Of a stretch of DNA of 64,000 bases, positions 38,659 through 49,181 are shown one piece after another; within the stretch, counting starts at the first letter, position 1; each line of letters begins with the position of its first letter. The stretch is taken from the IMG/VR virus record IMGVR_UViG_3300031673_000017, positions 12,670-76,669 of that record. The stretch is one strand, 5' to 3'. This stretch comes from a virus. Lineage: Duplodnaviria > Caudoviricetes. The notes beneath the pieces were generated by a model that did not search any database, was not told the origin of the DNA, and saw only the letters and a list, made by a program, of their open reading frames with translations. The position numbers and the translations under genes were made by a program.

Positions 38659-39759
38659 TTAATTCTCAGCGTCTGTTGCTTGTTTTTTAATTTCAGTTCT
38701 AAATTCATAGTCAGGCATTGAACTACCTTTTGGATTTTTAATAACTCCACATTCAGCCAGATGTGGCTCCACAACGCATCGACATTCGTCATTAGTGCAC
38801 ATGTGAAATACTGCAGCGACATCTCTAATAATCTTACCATCCATGGCTACACAATTGTCACATGTTAAATTATCAAGCGTTGTTATTACTTTATACTGCT
38901 GGCCAATAGATTTGTTTCTCTCCGACAACCATTTAGAGTATTTATCCGGAACTCGTTCACAAGTTAATTCAGTGCCAACATAATATGAATACGCTGTCAT
39001 TACTTCAGCATTTTCGAGTTTAGCTTGTAGTGCATTACACCTTTCTTCTGCATCTTTGAGTTTAGTTTCAAGTTGCTCAATCTGCTCAAAGTATTTTCCA
39101 CTCTCATTCTCTAAATCATGATTTCTGTCCCAAGCAACTTCCCATTCTTTAGTTAATTTTTCAACTTGTTTTTGAAATCTCTGATTAGAACCATTTAAAT
39201 TATTAATTAGATTTAATAGATTCTCTTCATTATGTGCGAGTTCATCACGTACTTGTTTCAGCTTAAAAACACTATCACGCACAATCTCTATTTCTTCTTC
39301 TATCTTCAATTTACGATTTTCTAAATCAACTGCTTCTTTAATTGCACCAGCAGCAATTTCTTTGAGTTCATCACGTTCTTGTTTCAACTTAAAAACACTA
39401 TCACGCACAATCTCTATTTGTTCATTCATTCTACCAGTACATTTATTTTTGCCAGATAGAACGTCTGCAATTAATCTTGTAGCTTCCCAAGCTCCATACT
39501 TCTCACCACGCCACCACGCAGGATGTGCAGCATCTGTTCCGTCCCATTGTGGATCGTCTCGCAACTTTATTAGAATAAGGCCATATCTTCTAATAAATAT
39601 CTGTTCAGCTAAAGACATAACTTGTCCGTAGCCTTCTAACCAATCAAGAACCTCGATGGTTGATATTTCTTCTGCTGTCGCGTTCTTAATCCAAATTTCT
39701 TGAATTGGGCTTTCCTTAGCGACACAATTAACACAATCGCAATCATTTTTATGTTTCAT
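38659..39759 (-). CDS. Coiled-coil protein with internal duplication and C-terminal MuF-like Cys motif
   Basis: IEIVRDSVFKLKQ.RDEL twice; TTLDNLTCDNC...DG...H...CRC. Confidence 0.55.
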   Translation of the reverse strand: MKHKNDCDCVNCVAKESPIQEIWIKNATAEEISTIEVLDWLEGYGQVMSLAEQIFIRRYGLILIKLRDDPQWDGTDAAHPAWWRGEKYGAWEATRLIADVLSGKNKCTGRMNEQIEIVRDSVFKLKQERDELKEIAAGAIKEAVDLENRKLKIEEEIEIVRDSVFKLKQVRDELAHNEENLLNLINNLNGSNQRFQKQVEKLTKEWEVAWDRNHDLENESGKYFEQIEQLETKLKDAEERCNALQAKLENAEVMTAYSYYVGTELTCERVPDKYSKWLSERNKSIGQQYKVITTLDNLTCDNCVAMDGKIIRDVAAVFHMCTNDECRCVVEPHLAECGVIKNPKGSSMPDYEFRTEIKKQATDAEN

Positions 39760-39908
39760 TATTACCTCTTAGTGAATTTCATCTTCATTAAGCTCTAAAT
39801 CAGATTCTGGAGCCCACTCAATTGGTGGATCAAAATCTAATTTGGCATCATTTAAAATTTGTACTGCTCTACGAAAACGGTCCATTGCATCTTGACTTGC
39901 ACCTTCCA

Positions 39909-40322
39909 TTATCGCCTCCGACTCTTATGTATTTTAGCCATGCGCTTTTTGGTTAATTCATTAGACATTTCATCCACAGGCGTAGGTTGTTTTATCGCAG
40001 TAGGCCCATTGTTATCTTCATATTGTTTTCTCATGTAGTCGTTATGAGCATCAGCGACTATCACTCCAGCAACGAGAATATTTTCAGCCAGACATTTTTC
40101 ACCAAAAGGTCGCACACAAAGAAGCATCTTTAGATGTTCATCTTCATTAACAAAATAAGGACACTTCCTACAATATGGCTGATACCATTTGCCAACTACA
40201 TTCTTAATTATTTCGAGTTTATCAATAGTATCTACTTCTTGTTCAATCGCTTCAACTATAACTTCAGCAGCATCTGTAATTTTATGTTCTGGTTTTGCAC
40301 TTGAAAAATTTACATTTCCCAT
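39909..40322 (-). CDS. Hypothetical Cys-containing protein
   Basis: CRKCP...C.RP..EKC. Confidence 0.45.
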   Translation of the reverse strand: MGNVNFSSAKPEHKITDAAEVIVEAIEQEVDTIDKLEIIKNVVGKWYQPYCRKCPYFVNEDEHLKMLLCVRPFGEKCLAENILVAGVIVADAHNDYMRKQYEDNNGPTAIKQPTPVDEMSNELTKKRMAKIHKSRRR

Positions 40323-40507
40323 TATTATTTCTCCACTAAATTATAAGCCTTGTTACAACCATCAGCACATGGGGTTCTATTGCACCACAGCCAACACAAC
40401 CATGCTGTACGTCCATCATCAAGAATTACTGGATACCAAGCAAACCATTTCTTTAAAGAATTATTACATTTATTATCTTCTTTGTAAGTAGTTCCCCAAA
40501 TCATATT

Positions 40508-40756
40508 TTACCACGTCCTCTCATCTGTATAAATAAATTCATTTTTCCAATTTGGATTCATATCTGCTTGCTTATAATGAAAATGTTTACAAGCAAAAGT
40601 TTGTAACCCTATTATTTCTTTTATATCTCTCATGCAAACATAGCCTCTTGGAAAGCTATCATAAATACAATAGCGACACTCACCACAATGAGCTTGTACT
40701 TTAAGAAATGATTTGCTTTTAGGTATTTTATCCATTTTAAACCATATCACCTTCAA
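40508..40756 (-). CDS. Hypothetical Zn-finger-like protein
   Basis: CGECRYC...C...ACKHF. Confidence 0.45.
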   Translation of the reverse strand: MKVIWFKMDKIPKSKSFLKVQAHCGECRYCIYDSFPRGYVCMRDIKEIIGLQTFACKHFHYKQADMNPNWKNEFIYTDERTW

Positions 40757-41087
40757 ATATTATTTTTAATTCGCCTATTGGAAAAGAGTATGAATAACCA
40801 ATTTCAATAATAGGCATAGGTTTATAACGCTTAATATTACGTTTAGCATATTGTCTGCCGCCTACACGTTCACTACATAAAGCAAAATGAGTGATCTTTC
40901 CCCAGTCTGACTGAACTGTATTAAAAACGACAAGATTACTATTAGATATACTATAATTTTTGTTAAAAGTCCATTGCTTTACAATAGCACGTGCGTAATC
41001 AGATTTTTTAACTTCACCATCTTTATTAAATAATGCGACATAACAATTAGCCATCAGTTCTCCTCTTAACTTTAATTTTCTGTACAA
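40737..41087 (-). CDS. Small virion-type beta protein, paralog of 49503..49859
   Basis: VALF...EV...YAR...SN...F.....DWGKITHFAL; likely start MANCY at ~41054. Confidence 0.5.
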   Translation of the reverse strand: MYRKLKLRGELMANCYVALFNKDGEVKKSDYARAIVKQWTFNKNYSISNSNLVVFNTVQSDWGKITHFALCSERVGGRQYAKRNIKRYKPMPIIEIGYSYSFPIGELKIIFEGDMV

Positions 41088-41979
41088 TAATCTTACTCAT
41101 AAGACACGTTGAATTATGCTGGCAATATCTTTGTCCAAATTCGTAATCTTTTGCGTATTTTAAGTTTACAACATCATAAGGACATTGAATTATTTTTCCG
41201 CCGATGAAATAATTGGCAAAGTTGCATTTTCTATTACTACAATTACCAGAAACAATATCATTGATGACACTTTCGAAGACACCACGTTTACTTATATGAA
41301 TTTCCATATTACCAGTATATCTCCATAGAAAAGCATGCACAAGCTCCTTGTAATCTATTACGTTCATTGACCCAGAGGTTATTAAATCCATTTCATTCTT
41401 AAAAAAGTCAGCATTATTATCCAGATACCTATAACTGGAAATGAAGAACGTTTTGCAGCCTATACCCTCAGCTTCGTCTGCAACTCTTTTTAGTTCACTA
41501 AGAGTTGTGTTCCCGCCGATCATAAAATTTATATCAACTTCCCCGTTTAGTCTTAGATAGGCACTGACAGGACGGCGTAGTGATTCGAACGGTTTGTCTC
41601 CATCGGAAAGACAATCTACAGAGACACGAATTTTGGCACCGTGAAAATCTTTTGGAACATATTGACCAAGATACAATCCATTTGTGTATATTGTAGTCTT
41701 CAAACCTTTGTCAAAATTATGGTTGCACATTTGATTGATTTGTCTATGCAGCAACGGCTCGCCACCGAGTATATTTATTTGTCTTGCACCTTTACTTCTT
41801 GTTTCAGCAATTGCCAATTTATATTCTGACATTGACATATAGGCATCATCAGTTTCATTCATTGCTCTTATTGCAAAACACCCTTTACATTGCAAGTTGC
41901 ATTTATTAGTAATGTAAATTTGCAGCGTCGGTCGCCGATTGACATTATAAGGTTCATATTTATCCCATGGAAATCTCAT
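41047..41979 (-). CDS. Radical SAM protein
   Basis: CNLQCKGC (CxxxCxxC), GGEPLLH, IYTNG; Cys-rich C-terminus. Confidence 0.9.
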   Translation of the reverse strand: MRFPWDKYEPYNVNRRPTLQIYITNKCNLQCKGCFAIRAMNETDDAYMSMSEYKLAIAETRSKGARQINILGGEPLLHRQINQMCNHNFDKGLKTTIYTNGLYLGQYVPKDFHGAKIRVSVDCLSDGDKPFESLRRPVSAYLRLNGEVDINFMIGGNTTLSELKRVADEAEGIGCKTFFISSYRYLDNNADFFKNEMDLITSGSMNVIDYKELVHAFLWRYTGNMEIHISKRGVFESVINDIVSGNCSNRKCNFANYFIGGKIIQCPYDVVNLKYAKDYEFGQRYCQHNSTCLMSKIIVQKIKVKRRTDG

Positions 41980-42665
41980 TTTGGCTCCTTAATTTATTAA
42001 CCCAAATTAAATCACATTCATCTATTAAACCTGCTTCGAGCATCTCTTCGTTAGTCAAATGCTTATTACATTCAAACCATATCTTATTCATTTTTTCTAA
42101 TTCAATATTCAAGGAATCATATACCATACCAGCCATTACCAGTCTCCTATCTCAAGATCTAATTGCTTATTTCTTTCTTCTATTTCTTTAAGTTCTGTTA
42201 TCTTCATTTGTATTGCAAATAAAAGTTCGATTGAGCGATTTGCAATCACTCCATTTACAAAAATAGTTAAAAATTGTACTGCAGCAACAGCAGGCAGTAC
42301 AACGGTAGTCGATAAAAGATTTGTTTCAACAATTACATCTTTCGTCTCCCATATAACAACGTCATTGCACCAAATGCCAGCAGGCTTTCCATTACACCAA
42401 GTTATAACAATTTTTTCACTCATGTTATTTATCTTCATCTTTATTTTGATGTTTAAGCTTTGAAACTAAAATAGTAGTTTGTTCTCTGCTAAATATATTC
42501 ATAATAATAGCTGTGCCACCATTACTGGCTAAATCTACAACAATCCAATCACGTCTTATGTTATCGTCCCATCCTATTACCTCGACAAGATCGTTTATTT
42601 TTAATTTAGTATCATTATCTTTTGTCATTTCAAATACTCCAGTTTCACAATATTTTTAAATGTTT

Positions 42666-42971
42666 TTATTTAATCTGTTTAATTTTTCTCTTCTCTTTCA
42701 TAATGTAATGAACCATCATCATAACCCATATTACATTCATAATAACAATAAGTAAACCACCAATTAAACTTGCCCATTGTCTCAAGAATGGATAATAATA
42801 CATGTTCCAAAATCCCCACAAAGTAAAATAACCAGTAGCTATAAAACTAACACCTCTAACCTTCTTATCTTTGTGGAGTTTTAAACAATGTAGCATAACA
42901 AATATTCCACCACAGAGTTCGAATAATCCATTTATATTATCTTGCCACATTATCCCGCCCTCATATTGCAT
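42666..42971 (-). CDS. Three-TM membrane protein (PQ-loop/SemiSWEET-like)
   Basis: Three hydrophobic helices; K..KDK.VRGVS. Confidence 0.45.
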   Translation of the reverse strand: MQYEGGIMWQDNINGLFELCGGIFVMLHCLKLHKDKKVRGVSFIATGYFTLWGFWNMYYYPFLRQWASLIGGLLIVIMNVIWVMMMVHYIMKEKRKIKQIK

Positions 42972-43669
42972 TCAGTTTTAGGAACGTCGCACCAATTACA
43001 TTCTTTTTGACTTGGAACTTTTCGACAATCGACTTCATCACCAACAATTTTTTTAATCACATCCCAGATGGCTTGCTTTAAACTCTCATCATCTGCCGCA
43101 CATGCTGGAATATCAACGTTAGGAACTCCATTTTTATATACGATGCAACCATTAAATTTCAATTCTTTATATTTTTCTATTGCTTTTGGCAATAGCATCA
43201 TATAAAGGGCCACCTGAACGTGGTCACTGGTCTTGCAACTTCCAGTCTTGCAATCCTCAACCAATGCAATTGGATGCATTTTTCCAGATATATGTTCATC
43301 TTCATCCTCGCCAATAGCGACGATGTCAGCTTTTCCTGAAATAATTATATCATTTTTTAATTTAAGAATCAATTCCCCATAATATTTAGGCTCATGATGT
43401 ATATAATTGCCTGCTTTTATTTCAAGCCTAAAAGAATTTTGATCTTCGATAAAAACAGTAAATCCAAGACGCTCTAATGCATCCACACGGCTCCGCAATA
43501 ATTGTGTATGGGCTATATTCCATTTAGCCAAGTTAAAATCACCAGATAATTTGTCGTAAGTAAAATGGCATTTAAACCAATACTTCCAAAAACAATGGTC
43601 TTCACCGGCAACCAACTTCGAAATCCATGATGGCCAAACAAATACTTTATCTCTCTTTTCTTTTGGCAT
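42950..43669 (-). CDS. PD-(D/E)XK exonuclease (Cas4/RecB-like)
   Basis: SGKADIV...VEDCKTG...QVALY; C-terminal C.WC..C. Confidence 0.8.
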   Translation of the reverse strand: MPKEKRDKVFVWPSWISKLVAGEDHCFWKYWFKCHFTYDKLSGDFNLAKWNIAHTQLLRSRVDALERLGFTVFIEDQNSFRLEIKAGNYIHHEPKYYGELILKLKNDIIISGKADIVAIGEDEDEHISGKMHPIALVEDCKTGSCKTSDHVQVALYMMLLPKAIEKYKELKFNGCIVYKNGVPNVDIPACAADDESLKQAIWDVIKKIVGDEVDCRKVPSQKECNWCDVPKTECNMRAG

Positions 43670-43922
43670 TATGATTCTCCACTTTCTTTTTACGTTCTTC
43701 TTTTAATTGATTCAAGAAATCAATAATATCACTTAAACATCCACTATTAAAAATAGTTTTTTCGTTTGGATAAAAACAATATTGTCTCCGTCTCCCAAAC
43801 CATTTTATTTCTCCAATAAGCCCTTCGCCTCTTTTACTAATAATCCACCAGACTTGAGTTGTTCGTTTAGAGTATTGCTCAGTCTTGTCTTCAAAGCGAA
43901 TATATTTATATTCAGTTTTCAT
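43647..43922 (-). CDS. Conserved phage hypothetical protein
   Basis: LIGEIKWFGR.RQYCFYP...FN.GCL.DI. Confidence 0.55.
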   Translation of the reverse strand: MKTEYKYIRFEDKTEQYSKRTTQVWWIISKRGEGLIGEIKWFGRRRQYCFYPNEKTIFNSGCLSDIIDFLNQLKEERKKKVENHNAKRKER

Positions 43923-44094
43923 TTTAATCCTTCTAATTAGCTATTTTTAGCTATTTCACCAAGGCTATAATTACTCGCATATCCAGAGATCGCTCGTGTA
44001 TGGGCCTCCAGCAGCCTCGTTTGCAGCCAGCAATAGCTGTATTTAGTTGATTTGCTTATTAGCTCAAATTAGTATATAATCGAAAATAAAGCCA

Positions 44095-44541
44095 TTATAC
44101 AGCACTTTCATTATTTATAAGTTCATAGTCTTCAGATGAACAATGTGGACATAGACAATAATCACTACGTTCTACAAATTCAGAAGCTTTAAATATCTTA
44201 CCACATTTGCATCGATATAAATCCTCAGCCTTTCCGTTAGCACGAGCATCTAACTGAGACACAGATCCATTCTCTTCACGTTTCAATTTCTCATATGGAA
44301 CTACGACTGCATTATAAAATTCATCTGCTATGCAATTCAGAATCCCGTGTGCGTCATTAACGATATCATACTTTTTGGTTAATGATTTTATTTTTCGCAT
44401 TTGTTCAATGCACCAAAGATGTATCAGTCTTGTGCAGCAGTAATTTATTCTTCCGCGAACGCGAAATTGACCACATAATTCCCATAATTTATTTATAAGT
44501 GGGTCTAATTCATCTCTTTCTTTTTGTGTAATATATGGCAT
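44095..44541 (-). CDS. Conserved phage protein with C-terminal Zn ribbon
   Basis: MPYI...R..LDP...G.INY..TRL...PYE..K..ENG; C.CG...CPHC. Confidence 0.55.
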   Translation of the reverse strand: MPYITQKERDELDPLINKLWELCGQFRVRGRINYCCTRLIHLWCIEQMRKIKSLTKKYDIVNDAHGILNCIADEFYNAVVVPYEKLKREENGSVSQLDARANGKAEDLYRCKCGKIFKASEFVERSDYCLCPHCSSEDYELINNESAV

Positions 44542-44555
44542 TTTAATTCTCCTTA

Positions 44556-45239
44556 TTAATAGTTTAATTTAATAATTAGTTCTAACGCAGAGTTACGTTG
44601 AATACGTATTCGACAAATTTTATTACAACTTTTTATAGTACCAACTTTAAAATCACATTTTGTAGCATCAATTGTATTTCCGTATTTCTCAATAAATTCT
44701 CCGATTCTTGGGCAATAAAATAGATATGTAATAGGGTCTGTTTTAGTTCCAATTCCAAGTCGCCCAATTTTATATGGTAAGCCATCTCCAGTAGTATCAT
44801 TTCGCATTTTTATTAATTTCTCAAGTTTGTGTTTACTACCATTTATTCCATTGCTATGAAATTCTTTCTTTTCTTCATCAGTCATTTTTCTCCATTTTGC
44901 GTCGCACAAACAACCATATAATCCACACTTATCGCAAATAGCAGCACCACATTGTCCATCCCAACCATCAAGACGCTCAACCCAATGATGGTCACACGAC
45001 TCTCTTTCCTTTTTACTTTTATTAGGAAACTCCATGTGTTCAAGTGCAGTTATTAACTGTTTTTCAATCATAGCCCATTGAACTGTCTTTGGGACATCAT
45101 CGTGTAAGTGTTGTTGGTAATTTTCAATTCCAAGTTTAATATTGGAAGCCAGTTGCTTTAATTCTTCACTACGAGCGTCAAGACTACTGGTGCTTTCATC
45201 AAATAGAAACTCGGCTAAAAATTCTGATAATTTTTTCAT
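44556..45239 (-). CDS. Hypothetical mosaic protein
   Basis: Long minus-strand ORF with CDHHW...CGAAICDKCG. Confidence 0.45.
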   Translation of the reverse strand: MKKLSEFLAEFLFDESTSSLDARSEELKQLASNIKLGIENYQQHLHDDVPKTVQWAMIEKQLITALEHMEFPNKSKKERESCDHHWVERLDGWDGQCGAAICDKCGLYGCLCDAKWRKMTDEEKKEFHSNGINGSKHKLEKLIKMRNDTTGDGLPYKIGRLGIGTKTDPITYLFYCPRIGEFIEKYGNTIDATKCDFKVGTIKSCNKICRIRIQRNSALELIIKLNY

Positions 45240-45458
45240 TTTAATTCCCCTTGTGAAACTCTTATATAATCACCTTCGCATGAAGTCTCAATCATTAATA
45301 GCCAACCATAATCCATCTCAGGATTGTAAATTTCTTCTTTTAAACCATCATAATTACTATAATATTCTTGAGCATTTTGTCTCGCGAAGTTAAACGCGGC
45401 AACTAAATCAGTAAAATTACTAATTTCTGGATCACAATGCCTATCTTTAATTAATACG

Positions 45459-45932
45459 TTATAAATTATCATCATGCACTCCCGATTTTGGTTTACCGGC
45501 TTCGAGCCATTCTCTTAGTTTTAGGTGCCGTGTCTGTGGCTCAATGGAATTTCCTGACAAAAGTAAAACAGTTGGATAATCAATATAATCAAAATATGCA
45601 ACCATGTCTTCAGTTGTAAGCCCAGAATCTTTTTTCGTAACTAAATGTCCATCAGCAGCAGCACCAAGTTTAGATTCTATCCACATTGAAATCTTGACAC
45701 CAAACACAGAGCCTAACATCGTTCCAAGACAATATGGAACAAAGAATAAGAAGGTCATATCGGCTTTTACCAATTGCCGAAAGGTGATAAACCATATAGT
45801 ATTACTGAAGAAAGCAGCAATAAGATGATACTTCATGTTGTTCCTATTTCTGCTTCTACTTACTATGCTGAAACTTATATTTTGCACAAAAGACAGAAAT
45901 AAAATTGTCAGCATTGCTATTATTGTAGTCAT
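45459..45932 (-). CDS. Membrane protein
   Basis: Three hydrophobic segments; LGTMLGSVFG. Confidence 0.5.
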   Translation of the reverse strand: MTTIIAMLTILFLSFVQNISFSIVSRSRNRNNMKYHLIAAFFSNTIWFITFRQLVKADMTFLFFVPYCLGTMLGSVFGVKISMWIESKLGAAADGHLVTKKDSGLTTEDMVAYFDYIDYPTVLLLSGNSIEPQTRHLKLREWLEAGKPKSGVHDDNL

Positions 45933-45965
45933 TTATTCTCCTCTTAAATAATTTATTAATTTGGC

Positions 45966-46328
45966 TTATACATTCTGTTCTTTTAATTCTTGATATCCTT
46001 CCTCACCATAATAAATCGGAACACCATATTTTTTAGCTGTTATTAATTCTTTAGCAGTTCCTTTGCTCTCTTCCCATCCTGGGACAACAAACATTATATG
46101 AGCGACTTGTAAAAATGGTTGGCTGTTGTCGAAAACATCACCGTAATTCAATTTACCATCAATAACAGACAACAATAAATCATTTCCAGGAACGAAAATA
46201 GCATAACCTAACTTACGAATTTTTTCAGCCCAGACATTCATTGCATGAATATTTTTACAATATTGATTCGCATCAGCATTTAATGCACCAGCTATATACG
46301 CAATTTTTCTTTTTGGCTCTGGTCTCAT
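45966..46328 (-). CDS. DUF4406/nucleoside 2-deoxyribosyltransferase-like protein
   Basis: AYIAG, LRKLGY..F.P, PGWEESKG..E...A...G.PI. Confidence 0.7.
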   Translation of the reverse strand: MRPEPKRKIAYIAGALNADANQYCKNIHAMNVWAEKIRKLGYAIFVPGNDLLLSVIDGKLNYGDVFDNSQPFLQVAHIMFVVPGWEESKGTAKELITAKKYGVPIYYGEEGYQELKEQNV

Positions 46329-46357
46329 TTTAATCCTTTGATTTAATTTTATTTTTC

Positions 46358-46744
46358 TTATTTATTTGGTTTTGTTTTCTTAACTTTTTTGGCTTTCGCT
46401 GTTCTTTGTTCAAGTAACAGTACATGCATCATACCCATTGTATTAAACAACTCAGCACAAAGTGATTCAATAAATTCTTCTCTATCTATATCAAATAAAA
46501 ACCCATCATTAATTAACCAAGTAGCCACAAAGTGCCTAAATTTAGATTCCATATATGTTTGTTTTGTGAATCCTTTCTTCCAATTACCTTCATCTCTGTG
46601 CCCGCCATCTACTTGAGCATTATGTTTTAACATAAACTCACCATAGCGTTGAATTACAATTGGACTTAATCCTCTTGCATAATTTATTTTGCCTTCGTCT
46701 GTATCCCTAATTGCACCTGTCTTGAATTTTCTCATTTTAGCCAT
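46358..46744 (-). CDS. dATP/dGTP diphosphohydrolase-like (DUF5664) protein
   Basis: RKFKTGA.RD.DEGK..Y, R...FM.KH, NWKKG, S..RH. Confidence 0.7.
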   Translation of the reverse strand: MAKMRKFKTGAIRDTDEGKINYARGLSPIVIQRYGEFMLKHNAQVDGGHRDEGNWKKGFTKQTYMESKFRHFVATWLINDGFLFDIDREEFIESLCAELFNTMGMMHVLLLEQRTAKAKKVKKTKPNK

Positions 46745-46814
46745 TAGTTATTCCTTATAAGCATCATTTATCAAATCACTGTGTTCTTTAATTAAATCTT
46801 TATAACCAATTTAA

Positions 46815-46898
46815 TGGCCGAGGTGAGAGTCGAACTCACACACCTATAAAGATATTGGATCTTAAATCCAATGCGTCTGCCAATTCCGCCACTCGGCC
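46815..46898 (-). tRNA. tRNA-Leu (anticodon UAA), CCA not encoded
   Basis: GGCCGAG/CTCGGCC acceptor, TGGCGGAATTGGCAGACGC D-arm, TTGGA-TTTAAGA-TCCAA, long variable arm, GTGAG-TTCGACT-CTCAC. Confidence 0.95.
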
Positions 46899-46913
46899 AT
46901 GATTTATTTTAAT

Positions 46914-48323
46914 TTACCCCATTATTTTTCCAGAGTAATTGTCGATATTAACTTGGAAACGAGCGATGGGGCCGGCAGTCTTATCCCAAATGAAAGCTAA
47001 TCCAGCTCGTTTTTGCCAATTATAACTATGAATTCTATGCCATTCATTTGGCGGGGTTAATCCTGGCAAAAACTCTATACTCACTCCTTGTTCTTCAAAC
47101 ATGTGCGGCTTACCAGAACCTTTTCGATGTTGGTCGCCACAATGAAATTCACAGTACCGAGCGTTTTCCCACACGCCATTTAAGCGATTTTCATTAGCCA
47201 TTAATGCAGCGAGACGAACTTGTTGCTTAATACTATGGCCATGTTCAAATCCAATTAAATTTACACCAAAATTGTGGAATTTAAATGGAGACATGCTGGC
47301 ATCCATAGTAAAGTTTTCATTACTGTGATAGTATGCATTAAGGATTCTACCAAGAGCCACTTCAGAAGAATGAGCATGGTTTCCTGGAACTGATATTACT
47401 TTTACAGGAGCAACTTGTAACATTTTATCTACAAGTGCTAAACCTAATAATTCTCCACGAAGGAATGTATTTTTCCATGCATCCCCTTCTGGCTGTGGAG
47501 TTCCAGCAGTAGTCGTACCAAATGGAGTATCAGTATGCAAGAAATCATTCCCAATTGCAAATACTATTCTCTCAAATGGTCCATGAACTTTAGTCAGCCT
47601 AATTAATTCATCTAATATTTCTACGGTCATTATTTCAGCTTCATCTGGAGTCCAGTTTATATCCGCTGCTGGCTTATAACACCTAAGCCCTAAATGTAAA
47701 TCGAAGAGTGAAATTTCAAGTTCTCTACTTCTGTTTATTGAATTTCCATCAGCATCTTTTAATTTACATCTTTTTATAACAGGCACAATCGGTGAAGCAG
47801 CTTTTATTTTTTCATATAAAGTATTAAGTGCATCTACTGCTGGAGATACACGTTTAAGCCAAACCTTTACTTGGTAATTTGTAAAAGTTTCGCATTGCCC
47901 AGTGCCAGTCTTTATACCACCTACAGTTACTTCCCAAGAATTTATAACTGAACGTTCTACTTCCCAGACATCCATGTCAACTTCTGATATTTTTAATAAT
48001 TCTTCAACTGTCTTTATATCTAACGACCGTGTTGTTACGACGCCTGTCGTTTCTTTGAAATCTTTTATGACTTCTTCGCCTTGATATGCTTTGGCTTTGG
48101 ATTTTGATTTATCTGGGCATTTTTTAGCAGTATCCATACATTTTCGATATTCTTCATACGTTTTCTTTAAACTTGAGTTACGTTCTATCAATCTTTCTAT
48201 TGTACGATCTGATACTTTATTTCTGGCACAAAAAGTGCGTTTAATAAATGTTCCTGCTTTGATTTCTTGACGAATTTTATTTCTTAACTCTGCTTTTTGT
48301 TTTGTTGTTAAAGTCTTGGCCAT
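46914..48323 (-). CDS. Calcineurin-like metallophosphoesterase with N-terminal HTH
   Basis: DLHLG, GNDFLH, PGNH, HGH, GDQH motifs. Confidence 0.8.
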   Translation of the reverse strand: MAKTLTTKQKAELRNKIRQEIKAGTFIKRTFCARNKVSDRTIERLIERNSSLKKTYEEYRKCMDTAKKCPDKSKSKAKAYQGEEVIKDFKETTGVVTTRSLDIKTVEELLKISEVDMDVWEVERSVINSWEVTVGGIKTGTGQCETFTNYQVKVWLKRVSPAVDALNTLYEKIKAASPIVPVIKRCKLKDADGNSINRSRELEISLFDLHLGLRCYKPAADINWTPDEAEIMTVEILDELIRLTKVHGPFERIVFAIGNDFLHTDTPFGTTTAGTPQPEGDAWKNTFLRGELLGLALVDKMLQVAPVKVISVPGNHAHSSEVALGRILNAYYHSNENFTMDASMSPFKFHNFGVNLIGFEHGHSIKQQVRLAALMANENRLNGVWENARYCEFHCGDQHRKGSGKPHMFEEQGVSIEFLPGLTPPNEWHRIHSYNWQKRAGLAFIWDKTAGPIARFQVNIDNYSGKIMG

Positions 48324-48375
48324 CTTTAATTCTCCTTTTAATTTTAATTTCCGAGTTTTAATTTATTTATTTTAA

Positions 48376-48642
48376 TTATTCACCATCTCCTCTGCTAATA
48401 CTTCCAGGCTCGCCATCATGAATACCGCCGCCATTACCTTCTTTTGCTTTTTGATTTATGTAAGCAATGCTTCGATAAAAACCATCTCCTTTGAAAATAA
48501 CACTTACATTTCTGCTTGGAAGCAACTGTAATTTTCTTCGTTTACATTTTGGACATTTTTTTCTTGGGCTATCTTTTATACTATGAACGATTTCTAACTT
48601 TGCATTGCAAGATGAACACTTATATTCATAACAAGGACTCAT
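48376..48642 (-). CDS. FmdB-family zinc-ribbon protein
   Basis: MSPCYEYKC..C...CPKC...FKGDGFY. Confidence 0.85.
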   Translation of the reverse strand: MSPCYEYKCSSCNAKLEIVHSIKDSPRKKCPKCKRRKLQLLPSRNVSVIFKGDGFYRSIAYINQKAKEGNGGGIHDGEPGSISRGDGE

Positions 48643-48644
48643 TT

Positions 48645-49181
48645 TTATTCCTCCCTTTTAATAGAAGTTTTTAATCTTGAAATTCTCCATTTCAATACTG
48701 TTTTAGCATCCTTCATTGGATTATTTTCATTATTGCGTTCAATTAATTTAGAATGGTCGATAACAGCTTCTTGCATATTTTTTAACGCTTGTCCTGTACG
48801 TTTACCTGATGCATTTTTATTCCCAAGATTAGCCTCACTAAGAATCTTTCTTACATCTTCAGAAACTTTATGCCCTAAAGCACTTTTAAGCCCTAAAACT
48901 CCTCCGCCACCATCGGCAAGATTATAGCCGTTAGGGTGTTTGCTTCTATAAGAAAGAATCGCTGCTTTTTCAACAATATCTGCTTCATTTTTACTAATAG
49001 CTTCCCAAAGAAATTCTAATTTAAAATCACTCATATCATATTTACGAAAAGCTCTCCCAATAAGATTACCAGAGCTAATATGCCTACTAATTCTGGCTCT
49101 AATTCTTTGGCAAGTTTGACCTATATACGATTTGTTATTTTTAAGACAAATTATCCTGTATATTACGATTTTCCGTTTTAT
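48645..49181 (-). CDS. GIY-YIG endonuclease with NUMOD3-like motif (catalytic motif lies upstream of first ATG at 49034)
   Basis: In-frame VIYRII...KSYIGQT upstream of 49034; E...I..Y......GYNL..GG; GHKVSEDVRK.LSEA. Confidence 0.7.
   Translation of the reverse strand: MKRKIVIYRIICLKNNKSYIGQTCQRIRARISRHISSGNLIGRAFRKYDMSDFKLEFLWEAISKNEADIVEKAAILSYRSKHPNGYNLADGGGGVLGLKSALGHKVSEDVRKILSEANLGNKNASGKRTGQALKNMQEAVIDHSKLIERNNENNPMKDAKTVLKWRISRLKTSIKREE

Noticed and set aside
46358-46744. Z-genome or 7-deazaguanine phage call
   Set aside because: Only the diphosphohydrolase-like gene is present; no PurZ or Que/Dpd pathway genes in the window.
48645-49181. Group I intron hosting the GIY-YIG gene
   Set aside because: Flanking genes (MazG-like, FmdB-like) look complete and there is no room or recognisable intron core; nuclease appears free-standing.
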